64,000 nucleotides of DNA, taken from an uncultured Phycisphaerales bacterium (GTDB lineage: Bacteria; Planctomycetota; Phycisphaerae; Tepidisphaerales; Tepidisphaeraceae). Positions 1 through 11,082 of this stretch are shown piece by piece. The number at the start of each line of letters is the position of its first letter. Positions within the stretch are counted from its first letter, which is position 1. The DNA lies in NCBI GenBank assembly GCA_963792535.1, contig CAWBWQ010000001.1, positions 320,001-384,000 on the forward strand, written 5' to 3'. The notes under the pieces were generated by a model. The model worked only from the letters and a program-made list of their open reading frames with translations. It was not told where the DNA came from and ran no database searches. The position numbers and the translations under genes were made by a program.

Positions 1-1997
1 GGCCAGCGGGAATACGCTTGCCGTTCCATCGAGTCGAAAAGCAATCGCAACGGCAGATCCTCCCGTTAGGAACTTCACATCCACCCTGTCAGCCTCGGCG
101 ATCTTGTAGGCCGCCACTGGTTGGCCGGTATCTTGATTCACATATTCGATGTCCCCGCCCAAAAGTGAAATAAGCAGCCTGCTTCCATCACTGTTGAAAC
201 AGAGGTCGTGAACATCCAGGTCCATATGCAGCGGCGGGAGCGGATGCCCCGTTTTGACCTCCCAACGATAGATCGCCCGGCCTCGCGCGGCGGCGAGAAT
301 GCCCTGGGTAGACAGCTGGGGCGCTGAATAAACTCCGTTTACCTTTATATGAAGCAACTCGCGGGCTTGCTTGATATCCCAAACCTGGATTGACTGCTCC
401 AATTCCGGTTGATAGGGATTTCCCGACAGGGTGGCGGCCACCCATTTGCCATCAGGCGAGATGCTTATCGCCGATAACGGAGTCAAACCAGTCGCAAGGT
501 CGGCAGCCCGTTGGTTCTTTTTCAGATCGTACACCTGCAAATCTTTGGCGATCGTTCCCGGCGCGATTTTGCGGCTGGCGTCGTCAGATAGCCGATTGCC
601 CGCGATCAGCCAGTGGTCGTCACTGCTGAGCGCCGCGCAAATGCGGTAATCATAAGTGCCCCAGAGAGTAGTCACTCTCGAAGCACCAATTGTGGATATT
701 TTGAGTTGTCCCCCGGTAAACGAGATAAGCTGCTGATCGTCGCTGGTGAAGAGGCATAAGCTGCCCAATAAATCAGTGGGGAGGTACTTACTTTGTTTAA
801 CATCATACAGGCGGATTCCACGCCCGCCTGAGACAGCATACATTTTACCGTCGCGGCTCATTGTGAGGGATGTGTCACCCTCTGCTTTGCTGCCGAAACG
901 CACCAGGGATTGCGACTTGTGATTTAAATCCAGAACAGCGACGGCACCGGCGTGCCGGGCCGGAAAGCCATCCTCGGTCCCTGTGGTGCGGCCCCAACCA
1001 CCGACGAGTACGATTCGCCCGTCTGGAGAAACAGCGACGCAGCGATTAGCTCCCGCATTTCCAGGCAGGTGACGGTACTGCTGTTGGGTATCCGTTGGCC
1101 GTGCCAGATCAATACTTCCTGGGGAATACGCCAGTAGAACGAACGAGCTATCCGCCGGCAGATCGACGCCGAAATCCAAGTTCGCGTCCAGGAAATACCT
1201 CTTGACGACCGGTTGAAAGGTTGCTGCGTCGAGCGTGCCGTAGTTTTCGGGGGCGCTGAACCATTGAAGTTGCCTGCCATGATCGATGAACTTGAGCATC
1301 GAGCAATTGTGAATCCAGTTGATTTCTGCTTCGCTGGTGCGCGTGGCTGTATCATAGATAGAAACCGACCCCTGTGGACTTGATGGCGGTGTATCCGAAT
1401 AGGTGCAACGGCCGACGGCTGCTCGCGATCCGTCCGCGTTGAGCGCTAACGCCCAGATTCGCTGCGAATGCTTCAGGACGCCAAATACTTCGTCCTTGTC
1501 CACAGCGACAAACTTGACGTCACCATCATGAGCTCCACCGGCAGCGATCTTGCCATCGTCGGAGATCGCCGCGGAATAAAGTATGGCGTTGAAGTCTACC
1601 TTGGAAAGCATCTCGCCGGTGTTGACGTTCCACACGCAAAGGTGCCCGTCCATGCCGGCAGTGACGGCACGTTTACCATCTGGAGTAATGGCGACCCGGC
1701 TTAGTGACTTGGTGTGGCCGTGGAGCGTCCGGAGATATTTATTCGCTGGAACGTCCCACACACACGCAAGGCCATCGGTACTGCCGGAGATCGCGATGCG
1801 TGCGTCAGCCGACATGGCGATGCAAGTCACGGCGTCCTGGTACCCGATTAGCTCCGCGATTTGCAGTTCAGCACCCAGTGTTTGCACCCGAACCGCCCTG
1901 GTCAACCCCTGCGCGCAACATTGGGCGTGGCGACAAGCACCACCAGCAAAATGAACAAGCTGATCCCGAATCCCGACATTGTGGTCCAGCATTTCAT
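1..1997 (-). CDS. Secreted WD40-repeat beta-propeller protein; runs off the left edge; signal peptide in a different frame (frameshift ~1925)
   Basis: Not in the ORF track. Manual minus-strand translation gives LIGYQDAVTCIAMSADARIAISGSTDGLACVWDV and LHGHTKSLSRVAITPDGKRAVTAGMDGHLCVWNV. Hydrophobic N-terminus MKCWTTMSGFGISLFILLVVLVA. Confidence 0.75.
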
Positions 1998-2058
1998 TGA
2001 TTCCTCGATGCCCCGATTTGTTCTCATCGCTCACGCTGTGTGCTAACCTGAGTATGCT

Positions 2059-3630
2059 ATGAAATCTCCCGCATTAGTTCTAGCGATTGTGCTACTCTGC
2101 GTTTTTCTCACATGCGCGGCCTCGGACTCCGACCCGGCAATGCAGGCACGATTCGCGGACCTGCTCAAGCGATTAGACCAAGACGACTGGCAGGTCCGAG
2201 ACCAAGCGACCAAGGAGGTGGTGGCGTTGCCCAGCAGTTATCTGCCGATGATCGAGGCAGCACTGCGGGACCGGAACCTTTCACCGGAAGTAGAGACAAA
2301 ACTATCAAGCCTGATTGGCTATTTGCGCCGCCGCGCCAAGAGTGCCGATCGTGAAGCCCGACGCGAAGGCATGCTCGCGAGCTATCGAGATTTCGTTCTT
2401 GCAGAGTATGCCCGCGTCGGCAGTCACAATCCAAAGTGGGATCGCGCTGCCGATGACGGCCTTGTCATGCAGGTGGCATTGGCATCTTCGCACGGCATCG
2501 GCCGGCAAGGCGTGATGCGGACCATACAGGCGCTGCAGCGTAGCGTTGACGCTGGCTGCGATGATCCACTGGTTCGCTTGTTTTTGGCACTCGATCGCCA
2601 GACGGCCGCGGGAAAGCAACAGGATCTTTATGACGAGATAAACAACTCGACCACCGCACTGCTCAAGCGGGATTACACCGCGCGATTCAAGATCGTCGCC
2701 CTGACGAACAGGGCCCGCGCGTGGTCACTGCACATAAACATCCTAGACGACGGCAAAGAGCGGGAACGATATTTGAGCGATCTTCAGGCAGCCGTGAACC
2801 TGTTGCCAAAGATCCGAACTGATCATCAACCGGCGGAAGATGCCACGTTATCTTTAGCCAACAGCATTTTTGACCTGTATCAGGTCGCTCAAGCGGCCAC
2901 GGAAGAGAGTGCCCGGAACATCGCCGACGCGTTGAGCCTGGCTGAACCTGGATCAATCGAGCCGTCCCTGTTTCGAGTTACCTGCGATTTGCGCCTCGCA
3001 CACGGATGGAACCAAAGCCCCCGCAATCAAGAGCAGCATCGCAGCGCGTACCAGCTGGCCAGCGCCGCAGTAAAAGCCGATCCGAAGTCCATTCAGGCAG
3101 CCCAGCTTAAGATGGCCTGCGTGAATCCGCTTCGCGATCCAACTGAATTCCGAAGCTGTTATGATGCCGTACTGGCGATTAACCCCGATGATTTTCAGGC
3201 GCGCGAATTGATGCTGAACTATTTGATCGTAACCGGCGACGACTCAGCCGTGCTGGAATTTGCCGATGAATGTCTGCAGACCCGAGCCTGGATCGATCGC
3301 ACCCCCTTGCTGGCAGTTACAGCTGTGCAGGGACTGGCCAAGAAAATGTCGGTCGAGGAAGCGGCCACTTATCTGGGATCGCCGCCAACTTGGGCGCGGA
3401 TTCAACAAGCCTATGATGGTGAGTTTCTAGTCATCCCCCACGATTCGTCTCTGCGATCCCATTACGCCTGGTATGCATGCGAAACCGGTCATTGGGCGAT
3501 CGCCGATGAACAGTTCAAATCGATAGGTGAGGACATAGACAGCCAACCCTTCGGAACGGAAGACAGTGCGGAGTATTACCGAAAAAAGGCCTCACGGTTA
3601 GCAAAGGAATCGATTCCCCTCACTAAGTGA
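2059..3630 (+). CDS. Secreted helical/TPR-like hypothetical protein
   Basis: 523-aa ORF with a signal peptide, the N-terminal helical motif LKRLDQDDWQVRDQAT and TPR-like segments. Confidence 0.65.
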   Translation: MKSPALVLAIVLLCVFLTCAASDSDPAMQARFADLLKRLDQDDWQVRDQATKEVVALPSSYLPMIEAALRDRNLSPEVETKLSSLIGYLRRRAKSADREARREGMLASYRDFVLAEYARVGSHNPKWDRAADDGLVMQVALASSHGIGRQGVMRTIQALQRSVDAGCDDPLVRLFLALDRQTAAGKQQDLYDEINNSTTALLKRDYTARFKIVALTNRARAWSLHINILDDGKERERYLSDLQAAVNLLPKIRTDHQPAEDATLSLANSIFDLYQVAQAATEESARNIADALSLAEPGSIEPSLFRVTCDLRLAHGWNQSPRNQEQHRSAYQLASAAVKADPKSIQAAQLKMACVNPLRDPTEFRSCYDAVLAINPDDFQARELMLNYLIVTGDDSAVLEFADECLQTRAWIDRTPLLAVTAVQGLAKKMSVEEAATYLGSPPTWARIQQAYDGEFLVIPHDSSLRSHYAWYACETGHWAIADEQFKSIGEDIDSQPFGTEDSAEYYRKKASRLAKESIPLTK

Positions 3631-3983
3631 ACCGAGCGAACCGGGGACGGATCTGAATGCCACGAACTTAGTTCTAAATCCTGCGCCGCAGCGTGCGTTG
3701 CATTCCATTGTGCAAACACTCGCCCCAGCCATGGCCTCCTACGATAATGGGTGCTGTTCAACGACACCTGTTATTCGACCGGAGGCCACGGATGGCGGCA
3801 TTCGCTCAAGCTCTATTGCTGGTACAAAACGGCCGAGGTTGAGTCATTAGTCATTTGGTCCCTGGCCTGCTGCAAGGGGATTTCTCGATGCAAAACGCCT
3901 TGCTGGAAGGTATAGTGCGCCCGCTCAGACAGGGGTCGTTCGGCGTTCGCATGTTCAAGCTTGCAAGTCAGGGAGAAGCGATC

Positions 3984-6900
3984 ATGGAAATTCTGCGCAG
4001 GACAACCGGAGTCCGTTTTAATCGGCGGTGTCATTCCTGTGCTGCGACGACCGCGATCAGCCGTGCGATTGCTGACGTGCTGGAAAAGCGGATGTGTTTT
4101 TCCACCGTTAATGTGCTCACCGCTTTTGATGGCACCACAGACGGGTTTTCGCAATCGGGTGTGATCGCATCGGGCAATATGCTGTACGGCAGCTCACCGA
4201 TTGGAGGCGACAACAATGCGGAAGGTGAAATCTATTCATTGCCCATCACCGGCGGAAACCCGGATTTGATTGCCGGTTTCAGCGGAACCAACGGCAGCGG
4301 TCCAACGGGTGACCTGCTGCTGGTAAATGACACGCTGTATGGGGTAACCAGTGCCGGTGGGGCGAGCAACGACGGCGTTGTTTTCTCGCTGCCGATCGCG
4401 GGGGGAACGCCCACGGTTATTGCAACGTTCAACGGTGCCAACGGCGCTGATCCCGAAGCGGGGTTGATCGTGTCGAACAATATTCTCTACGGCACGACCT
4501 TTTCCGGCGGCGCGAACAACGTGGGCGAGGTCTTTTCCCTTCCGATCACCGGTGGAACGGTAAGCGTTCTCGCGAGCTTCAGCATTACCGACGGTAAAAA
4601 CCCCGACGGTCCGCTCACGCTTGCGGATGGAATCCTGTACGGAAACACCCGGCTTGGTGGAGGCTTCAACGCCGGCACGATCTATTCAGTCCCCATCACC
4701 GGCGGAAGCCCCACGGTGCTTGCGGATATGAGCCCGACCGTCGGGCAGGTTTCCGAAGGACCGCTGGTGTTGCTGAATAACACGTTGTACGGAACCGCAA
4801 CCGCAGGTGGATCGCTGGGGAAGGGAACTTTGTTCAAAGTGCCCATCACCGGGGGAACGCCCAGCGTGTTGTTCAACTTTGACAACACCCACGGCGCGAT
4901 TCCCGCGGGGGGGTTGTCGTTCTCTAATGGAATTCTTTACGGTACGACCGCCGAGGGTGGAACCAGCAACCTGGGAACGCTTTTCGGCATGTTTCCCGCG
5001 GCGGGCACACCCACAACGCTTGCATCATTTGATCCAACGACCGGCACGCTGCCGTTTTCCACACCGGTTCTGTCCGATGGAATTTTGTACGGAACCGCGC
5101 TTCAGGGCACTTCTCAGAATGCGGGTAGTGTCTGGTCGCTGCCAGCAACCACGGGCGCGACGCTGACTTTCGAGCAAACGCCGTTTTTTGGAACTGCCAA
5201 TACCGCCATGGACGATATTCAGGTGACGGCAATCAACGCGAATCAGACAACCGCAACCAATTCAACAGGCCCGTTTACATTGTCCATCGCCAGCGGGCCG
5301 GCGGGCGCGAAGATTGCAGGAACCCTGACAGTCACTCCCGTAGGTGGAATGGCAACCTTCAGCGGGATTACCGTGGATACCGCGGGGGTTTATACGCTTC
5401 AGGTGTCCGACGTGCAGGACGCACCGGGAACTTCCCATGAGATCACTGTCGACGTGCGTGATACTTTCAAGTTTGTGTCGGTTCCTGCAACCGGTGTGAC
5501 CGACGTCGCGCTAAGCCCGGTTGTGGTGCAGGCCATTACACCGCAGGGGAATCTGGACACACAGTTCAATGGATTCATCGGGCTGGCTGCCCTTGAAGGC
5601 CCCATCGGTCGCGTTTTATCTGGCGGCTTCCTGCGAAACGCGAGCGCGGGTGTGGCGACTTTTTCAGACCTGGCAGTCAATTTCCCCGGCAGTTATACCT
5701 TGGTCAGTTCTGATTCGTCGGGCGATTCACCACCGTCCAGTACGATCGTTGTGACCAGCAATCCGACGGAAGTAATTGCGTCGATAAACATCACAAAATC
5801 GCCCCTGACGAATGACGAGCTGGATGGCGGAGGCAGGGCAACGGCAACGGTCACGCTGAACAACAGTGCCGGTGCCGTCGCAAGGGGGGTGATGAAAGTT
5901 CAGATGTATCTGACCTCTGTGCGGGATGTCTTGCTCGGCACGAGTGGTGATTTAGCTTCCGAGGGTGTGCTGCTGAATACACCTGGATTTAATCATGTGA
6001 CTGTCAACATCCCCACGGGCAGGAGCAGGAACTTCAGTAGCAGTTTTGTCGTTCCGTCATTTGAAGATAATACTGGCCAACTGCTCGTCGCCGTGCTCAC
6101 GCCGGTCAGTGGACTAAGCTTGCCGACATTACCCACGCATCAGGTCATCGCGCCCGGCGCGTTTCAGGGTCTGGCCGAATTCGGCACGGTGGACGAGCGC
6201 CCTCACGTGCGACTGACGCAATCTTTCGGGGATCTGCCGGTGCATTTTTCTCTCTCCGGTCCCGGTAAGGGGGTCATCACCCAGGACCTTAATCAAGGTC
6301 GGATCTGCAGCTGACCGGAACGACCGCGGCGACCAGCATCAGCATTTCGGCAAGCGAGAGTTTTACTTTGTTTGGCATCAGCGCCGATGGCGCGGTGGGC
6401 GCAATCAACGCGCCGCTGCTGAACGTCAATGGCAATATCGCGCTGCCCGGTGGGGTTCGACAGCTTCGCCTGCAGAATCTCACCACATCAACGGTGACCA
6501 TCGGCGGGTCGACTGCCGCGGCTTTGTCGCTGGGTGATCTGAACGACAGCTCCATCGTCGCCACTTCACCGATTCGCTTGCTAGCGATCAACAGCTTTGC
6601 CAACAGCGGTATCGCGCAATCGATTCAAGCTGCAAGCATTACATCTTTTATCGACCGAGGCGTATTCGACGGCAATCTGGCAACGACCGGGAACCTGGGG
6701 CAGGTTACCATCCGTGGGGATCTCACCGGCGACATCCTGGCTGGAACTAATCTGGGGATTGATAACAGCCCCGGAGGGAAGGACGACACATTCGGGCCGG
6801 GAACCATTTCGTCCATCCGCGTGGTCGGCAATGTCACAGCCTCTATCATCGCCGCGGGATTGAATGTGCAGAATGACAAATTCACCCGCGCCAATTTCAG

Positions 6901-7057
6901 CCTGCTGAGCAACTCGAAAATTGTCGCGGTGCGAGTCGACGGCTCGCCCAGCAGCGACAGCCTGATCGTTTCAGCGGTGCTACCGGTGAAAGCCATCATC
7001 AGCGGTCTGCGGACGACCACCGCAGACGATCCGCGGTTTAAGTTGCCGCCAAATTGA
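3984..7057 (+). CDS. Secreted protein with Gloeo_Verruco (GloVer) tandem repeats and Ig-like domains; frameshift ~6290
   Basis: GGGAGA RBS before ATG 3984; LEKRMCFS motif; about 7 repeats LYGTT..GG....G.VFSLPI.GG; ORF 6368-7057 continues the same composition. Confidence 0.75.
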
Positions 7058-7249
7058 TCGGCGACCTTGCTACTTTAGGTCATCCAAATTGATGACCCGG
7101 TGCTTATCGCTTTGTAAGCCGACGCCAGATAAGAAACATCGCGATTCCGACGATGGGGACGACCTGTAATAGATCACTGACTATGTGCGCCGTTCGGATC
7201 GTCATTGAAAATTGAGCCTCGCGCCTGTCCAAAGCGGATTAGAACACAT

Positions 7250-8365
7250 TTATGTCGCCCCTCGGGCCATGCTGGCTTTTTCTTCAGCCCGCCGGGTGCT
7301 GGTGGCTTGCGAGCCAAGTAGCTGTTGATACAGCTTCAACACCGCAGTCCAGGAAAATCGGTCTCGCACATCTTCGCGCGCTCGAGCGATCAGTCGTTCT
7401 CGCAGCGACGCATCATGAACGACACGGCCAATCGCACTTGCCAGCGCGGCGGGATCGCGTGGTGGGACCAGCAGGCCCGTTACTTCGTTGCGGATGACGT
7501 CGCGAATACCCGGCACATCGCTGGCGACCACTGGAACGCCCGCAGCCATCGCCTCGATCAAGACCAGACCAAATCCTTCCGCCAGGCTCGGCAAAACAAG
7601 CAGGCCCGATCGCGAAAGCGCCTCCTGCGGAGATGCGACGGCACCATGCAGCGTGACCGGCGCGTGCGTTCTGGCAATTTCGGCTTCGATCCGTTTTCGG
7701 TCCGCGCCCTCGCCGTACAGATGCAGATACACCAGCGGCGACAGGATTGCCGCCGCGGCAATCAGCGTGGGAATATCTTTGATCGGGTCGAGTCGACCCA
7801 GAAAGGCAACAGGGTAAGGCCTTGGATCATGTGCCGGCACGTGCGACTGCGCCTCGATCCAGTCGAGCGGATCAATGGCATTGGGAATGACGATTATTTT
7901 TTCCGAATCGATTCCCGCCCAGTCGCTTGATGCCTTTGCGACTGAAGCAGAGGGAACCACGACCTGTTCAGCAGCATGATGCACCAGCCGCTGCAGGAAC
8001 CAGTGCCAGCGCGGGAAAGGCTGGGTGGTCTGGATCGACTGAATCCATCGCACCTCGCCTGCGATCAGCGAGGCGATGGCGCCAATTGTGTTGGCGTGAA
8101 TGAGAAAACTAAAAACGGTGGTAACGCGACGCTCGCGGATCAGGTGAACGAGTCTGCGAATGATCCGAAGATCGCCCGAGCCGTGCGCGCCGAGCGCGGT
8201 GACGGTAACCCCGGCGGCTTTCAGTTGATCGGCTACGGGGCCCCATTGCGACAGGCAGGCAACTTCAATCTCGGTTCCGGCTTTGTGCAATCGGACCGCA
8301 AGTTCGCGCACGACGGTCGGTGTGCCGCCGAGTTGAAGATCGGTGATGAGAAGCAGCACGCGCAT
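7250..8365 (-). CDS. GT4 family glycosyltransferase
   Basis: LQLGG N-terminal motif, GRLDPIKD, and EGFGLVLIEAMAAGVPVVASD (EX7E). Confidence 0.9.
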   Translation of the reverse strand: MRVLLLITDLQLGGTPTVVRELAVRLHKAGTEIEVACLSQWGPVADQLKAAGVTVTALGAHGSGDLRIIRRLVHLIRERRVTTVFSFLIHANTIGAIASLIAGEVRWIQSIQTTQPFPRWHWFLQRLVHHAAEQVVVPSASVAKASSDWAGIDSEKIIVIPNAIDPLDWIEAQSHVPAHDPRPYPVAFLGRLDPIKDIPTLIAAAAILSPLVYLHLYGEGADRKRIEAEIARTHAPVTLHGAVASPQEALSRSGLLVLPSLAEGFGLVLIEAMAAGVPVVASDVPGIRDVIRNEVTGLLVPPRDPAALASAIGRVVHDASLRERLIARAREDVRDRFSWTAVLKLYQQLLGSQATSTRRAEEKASMARGAT

Positions 8366-8371
8366 GCATCA

Positions 8372-10381
8372 TCACTTCGCCTTCTGCGGTTCGGCGTTTT
8401 TGTCGATGGTAATTTCAAAGTCCGCCGACCCGCTCATCACGCGCGGGGTTGGGATGATTTTTAATGCGGAACTGACGTATTGCGTCGTGTCGCTGCGATC
8501 GGCGCCAACCAGGATCTGGCGGCGCGAGGACGGAAGTTTGGGCATCGCGGTATGACCGATGGCAATCCCATCCGGTTGCCGGAGCAACCGAAGATACAAT
8601 GCATCATGCCGGATAGCCGAGGCATCGCGAACGACGTCAAAAACCTGGTCCAGTGTCTCGGCGGCAAATTTAAAGGGTTCGGCGATGCGCTCATCGGCAA
8701 AGTATTTCTGCCAATCGGAAATCGTCAGCTGATAGGTTCCATCAGGAAGATCGCGCGGCAAAACCATGCTGACCGGCAATACCATTTCACCCGCGCGAAA
8801 TGCGCGATAGGTAACATACGCGGTAACCGTTTCACCCGGTCGATAGGCAGAGCGCGGCACGTTCGCATAGAGCAGTGTGCCGGACCTGGCCTGCGGAGAA
8901 ATGACGATGGTTCCCGTGATCTTTTTCACCAGCACCGAACCGAACGGATTCTCCGCCGCGGCGATCAGCGGAGTGCCGACTTCGAAAAATAAATCACCCG
9001 CTCCGGCATTCACATCAGTATTGACCAGGTGCACAAGTTTTCCATTGTCGAACTCCATCGTCAGGTCGTAATCCATCGTGTGATTCTCCGGCAGTTCCTT
9101 CGCGCCGGTAATGGCGGAGGTCATGGCGGTTGAGATCAACAGCGGGGTCATCTTCGGGTGCAATGCGGTTGTGAAATGATAGAACTGATCTTCCGAGCCA
9201 TCGGTGTATTTGATGTGCAGATCCACGGGAACGGCGGCGGGGGCGCTGCCCAATTCGCCGGAAATTCCGACGGTCTGGTCGTTCTGCAGGGTGCCCGCCG
9301 GGGCATCCAGCGATCCCAGTTTAAAGCTCGACGCCAGGTTCGCCACTATCCCCTGGATCGACCCACCCGCCAGCGGCAGGGAAACTCGGCCTTCTGAATT
9401 AAACGAATGACCAAACGCCAGCACATGCGTGCCGATCACTTCCGTGCAGGTGCCCACAGTGCTCATGTTAACATCACCACCCACCAACGGGACACCGAGC
9501 ACGCAACCCGGCTCGATGGGAGTCGAGGTTTTTTCGCCTGTTCCACCGCTGCCGCCGGCCTGCACCGGCATGAATCCGTAGGCGCGAAACAGAGGCTCCA
9601 TTTCGTTCAGCACTGACGGCGAGAGACCACCGACCATCAACGGAGTCGCCAGCGGTGTAAGCCTCGAACCGTCGGTGACGTTGAGCAGGCGCGGATTGGG
9701 AATGGTGCGTCCAAACTCTGCCAGGGGATAGCCTGGAGGGGCAGTTTTCATGCCCGGCAAGAGCACGCAGTCTGAGAGATACCAGCGGGGTGGCCGCACT
9801 TTCTGTTCCACAGATTCAGCTGAAGATTGCGGGTGATTCAACGGCAGTTGAACAGCTGCTCCATCGCTGGGCTGGGACGAGGGAACCGCCGGCGAATCAG
9901 GCAATTTCAGCATGTATTCGATTGGTTGGACACCTGCGATTGGGTCTTTCTGCAATTGCCAGCCGTAGGCGAACGCGCCAATCATGCGGGCGTTTCCGGT
10001 ATCGTCGTACAAATAAATCGGCGATCCGCTCATGCCCGCAATGGCCAGGTTATGCTCGAGATTGTCGCCGCCGAACTTGATGAGCACGACATCGGTTTTA
10101 GGATTGAAATTTTTTAATACAGAGATGACCTGAACATCAAATCGCTCGATTTTTGTGCCGAGAAAAACGGACAAGCCATACCCTTTCATGCCGGGTCTTA
10201 CTTCAGAGACGCGCATATGCCGAGTAGGATCAAACAGCGAGGGCGAAGCGGCGGCGGGTTGTGTTGCGGGTGGAAGGGCGGGCGCGACAGACGAGGCGGC
10301 GTGAACACAGACCGGGGAAGTCAACAGAAGGAGAAATAATCCGACCGATTGGGTTCGGTTCATCAAACACCTTTTCGACAC
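8372..10381 (-). CDS. SpoIVB peptidase S55 domain-containing secreted protein
   Basis: VRPGMKGYGLSVF, catalytic-type IAGMSGSPIY, AFGHSF; signal peptide. Confidence 0.85.
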   Translation of the reverse strand: MSKRCLMNRTQSVGLFLLLLTSPVCVHAASSVAPALPPATQPAAASPSLFDPTRHMRVSEVRPGMKGYGLSVFLGTKIERFDVQVISVLKNFNPKTDVVLIKFGGDNLEHNLAIAGMSGSPIYLYDDTGNARMIGAFAYGWQLQKDPIAGVQPIEYMLKLPDSPAVPSSQPSDGAAVQLPLNHPQSSAESVEQKVRPPRWYLSDCVLLPGMKTAPPGYPLAEFGRTIPNPRLLNVTDGSRLTPLATPLMVGGLSPSVLNEMEPLFRAYGFMPVQAGGSGGTGEKTSTPIEPGCVLGVPLVGGDVNMSTVGTCTEVIGTHVLAFGHSFNSEGRVSLPLAGGSIQGIVANLASSFKLGSLDAPAGTLQNDQTVGISGELGSAPAAVPVDLHIKYTDGSEDQFYHFTTALHPKMTPLLISTAMTSAITGAKELPENHTMDYDLTMEFDNGKLVHLVNTDVNAGAGDLFFEVGTPLIAAAENPFGSVLVKKITGTIVISPQARSGTLLYANVPRSAYRPGETVTAYVTYRAFRAGEMVLPVSMVLPRDLPDGTYQLTISDWQKYFADERIAEPFKFAAETLDQVFDVVRDASAIRHDALYLRLLRQPDGIAIGHTAMPKLPSSRRQILVGADRSDTTQYVSSALKIIPTPRVMSGSADFEITIDKNAEPQKAK

Positions 10382-10479
10382 ATACCTGACGACGCGCGGA
10401 ACAATGAGCCGTTGGGCGAGCTAAAAACATCCTAGAACCGCCCGCGCCGACCCGCAAGCGGGGGTATTATGCGCTGGAT

Positions 10480-10848
10480 TTAACTGCCGGTGGCGGCAGT
10501 TTTGACTGAGGTTCCCACGAGTCCCTTGCGCGCCAGCAGGGTCAGGAACTTTTCGGTGGCCACCTGCGCTTTGCGCTCGGAGATGTTATAGGTTCTGGCG
10601 AGTTTACGCGCGATTTGCTGCACGGAAGTTTTGCCGTCGCAGTGGTTCCAGACCAGCTGGCCGAGCATGTCAAACTCGAACGTTTTGGTGGCATGCTTCG
10701 GCAGGCGCAGCAACCAGGTGCTCCAGCGGGGCTGGCGGATCTGGACGGTGAGTTTTCCGTCGACCATGTCAGCGTCGACCATGTGCAGCGGTTTAGACGC
10801 CAGCTGCTGTTGTCGTGTCATGCGAAGTTTACGCTGTTGGGCTGGCAT
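10480..10848 (-). CDS. PqqD-family (RRE-like) small protein
   Basis: FEFDMLGQLVWNHCDGKTSVQQIARKLARTY...FLTLLARKGLV matches the PqqD signature. Confidence 0.8.
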   Translation of the reverse strand: MPAQQRKLRMTRQQQLASKPLHMVDADMVDGKLTVQIRQPRWSTWLLRLPKHATKTFEFDMLGQLVWNHCDGKTSVQQIARKLARTYNISERKAQVATEKFLTLLARKGLVGTSVKTAATGS

Positions 10849-11082
10849 AGGTCGTCGCATTGCCGATAAAGCAATTGAGCTGTTGCTTGCGCGTGAGCAG
10901 CTGCTTTGGTGCGGCCTGACTTTATCCCTCTTCAAATAGTTGGACAAGCAGAACGATCGCCACTGAGCACGTATTCGAGTTGTAAAGAAGTAGAAGCGTC
11001 AGTTCGTTCTTCACATAAATGTATCCGGTGATTCATTTCATAATTCGCCCGTCCGCGAGGTTGCGTGTAATCTCATTGGCCT

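Noticed and set aside
924..1355. 143-aa minus-strand ORF as a separate gene
   Set aside because: It is an off-frame overlap of the longer WD40 reading frame on the same strand.
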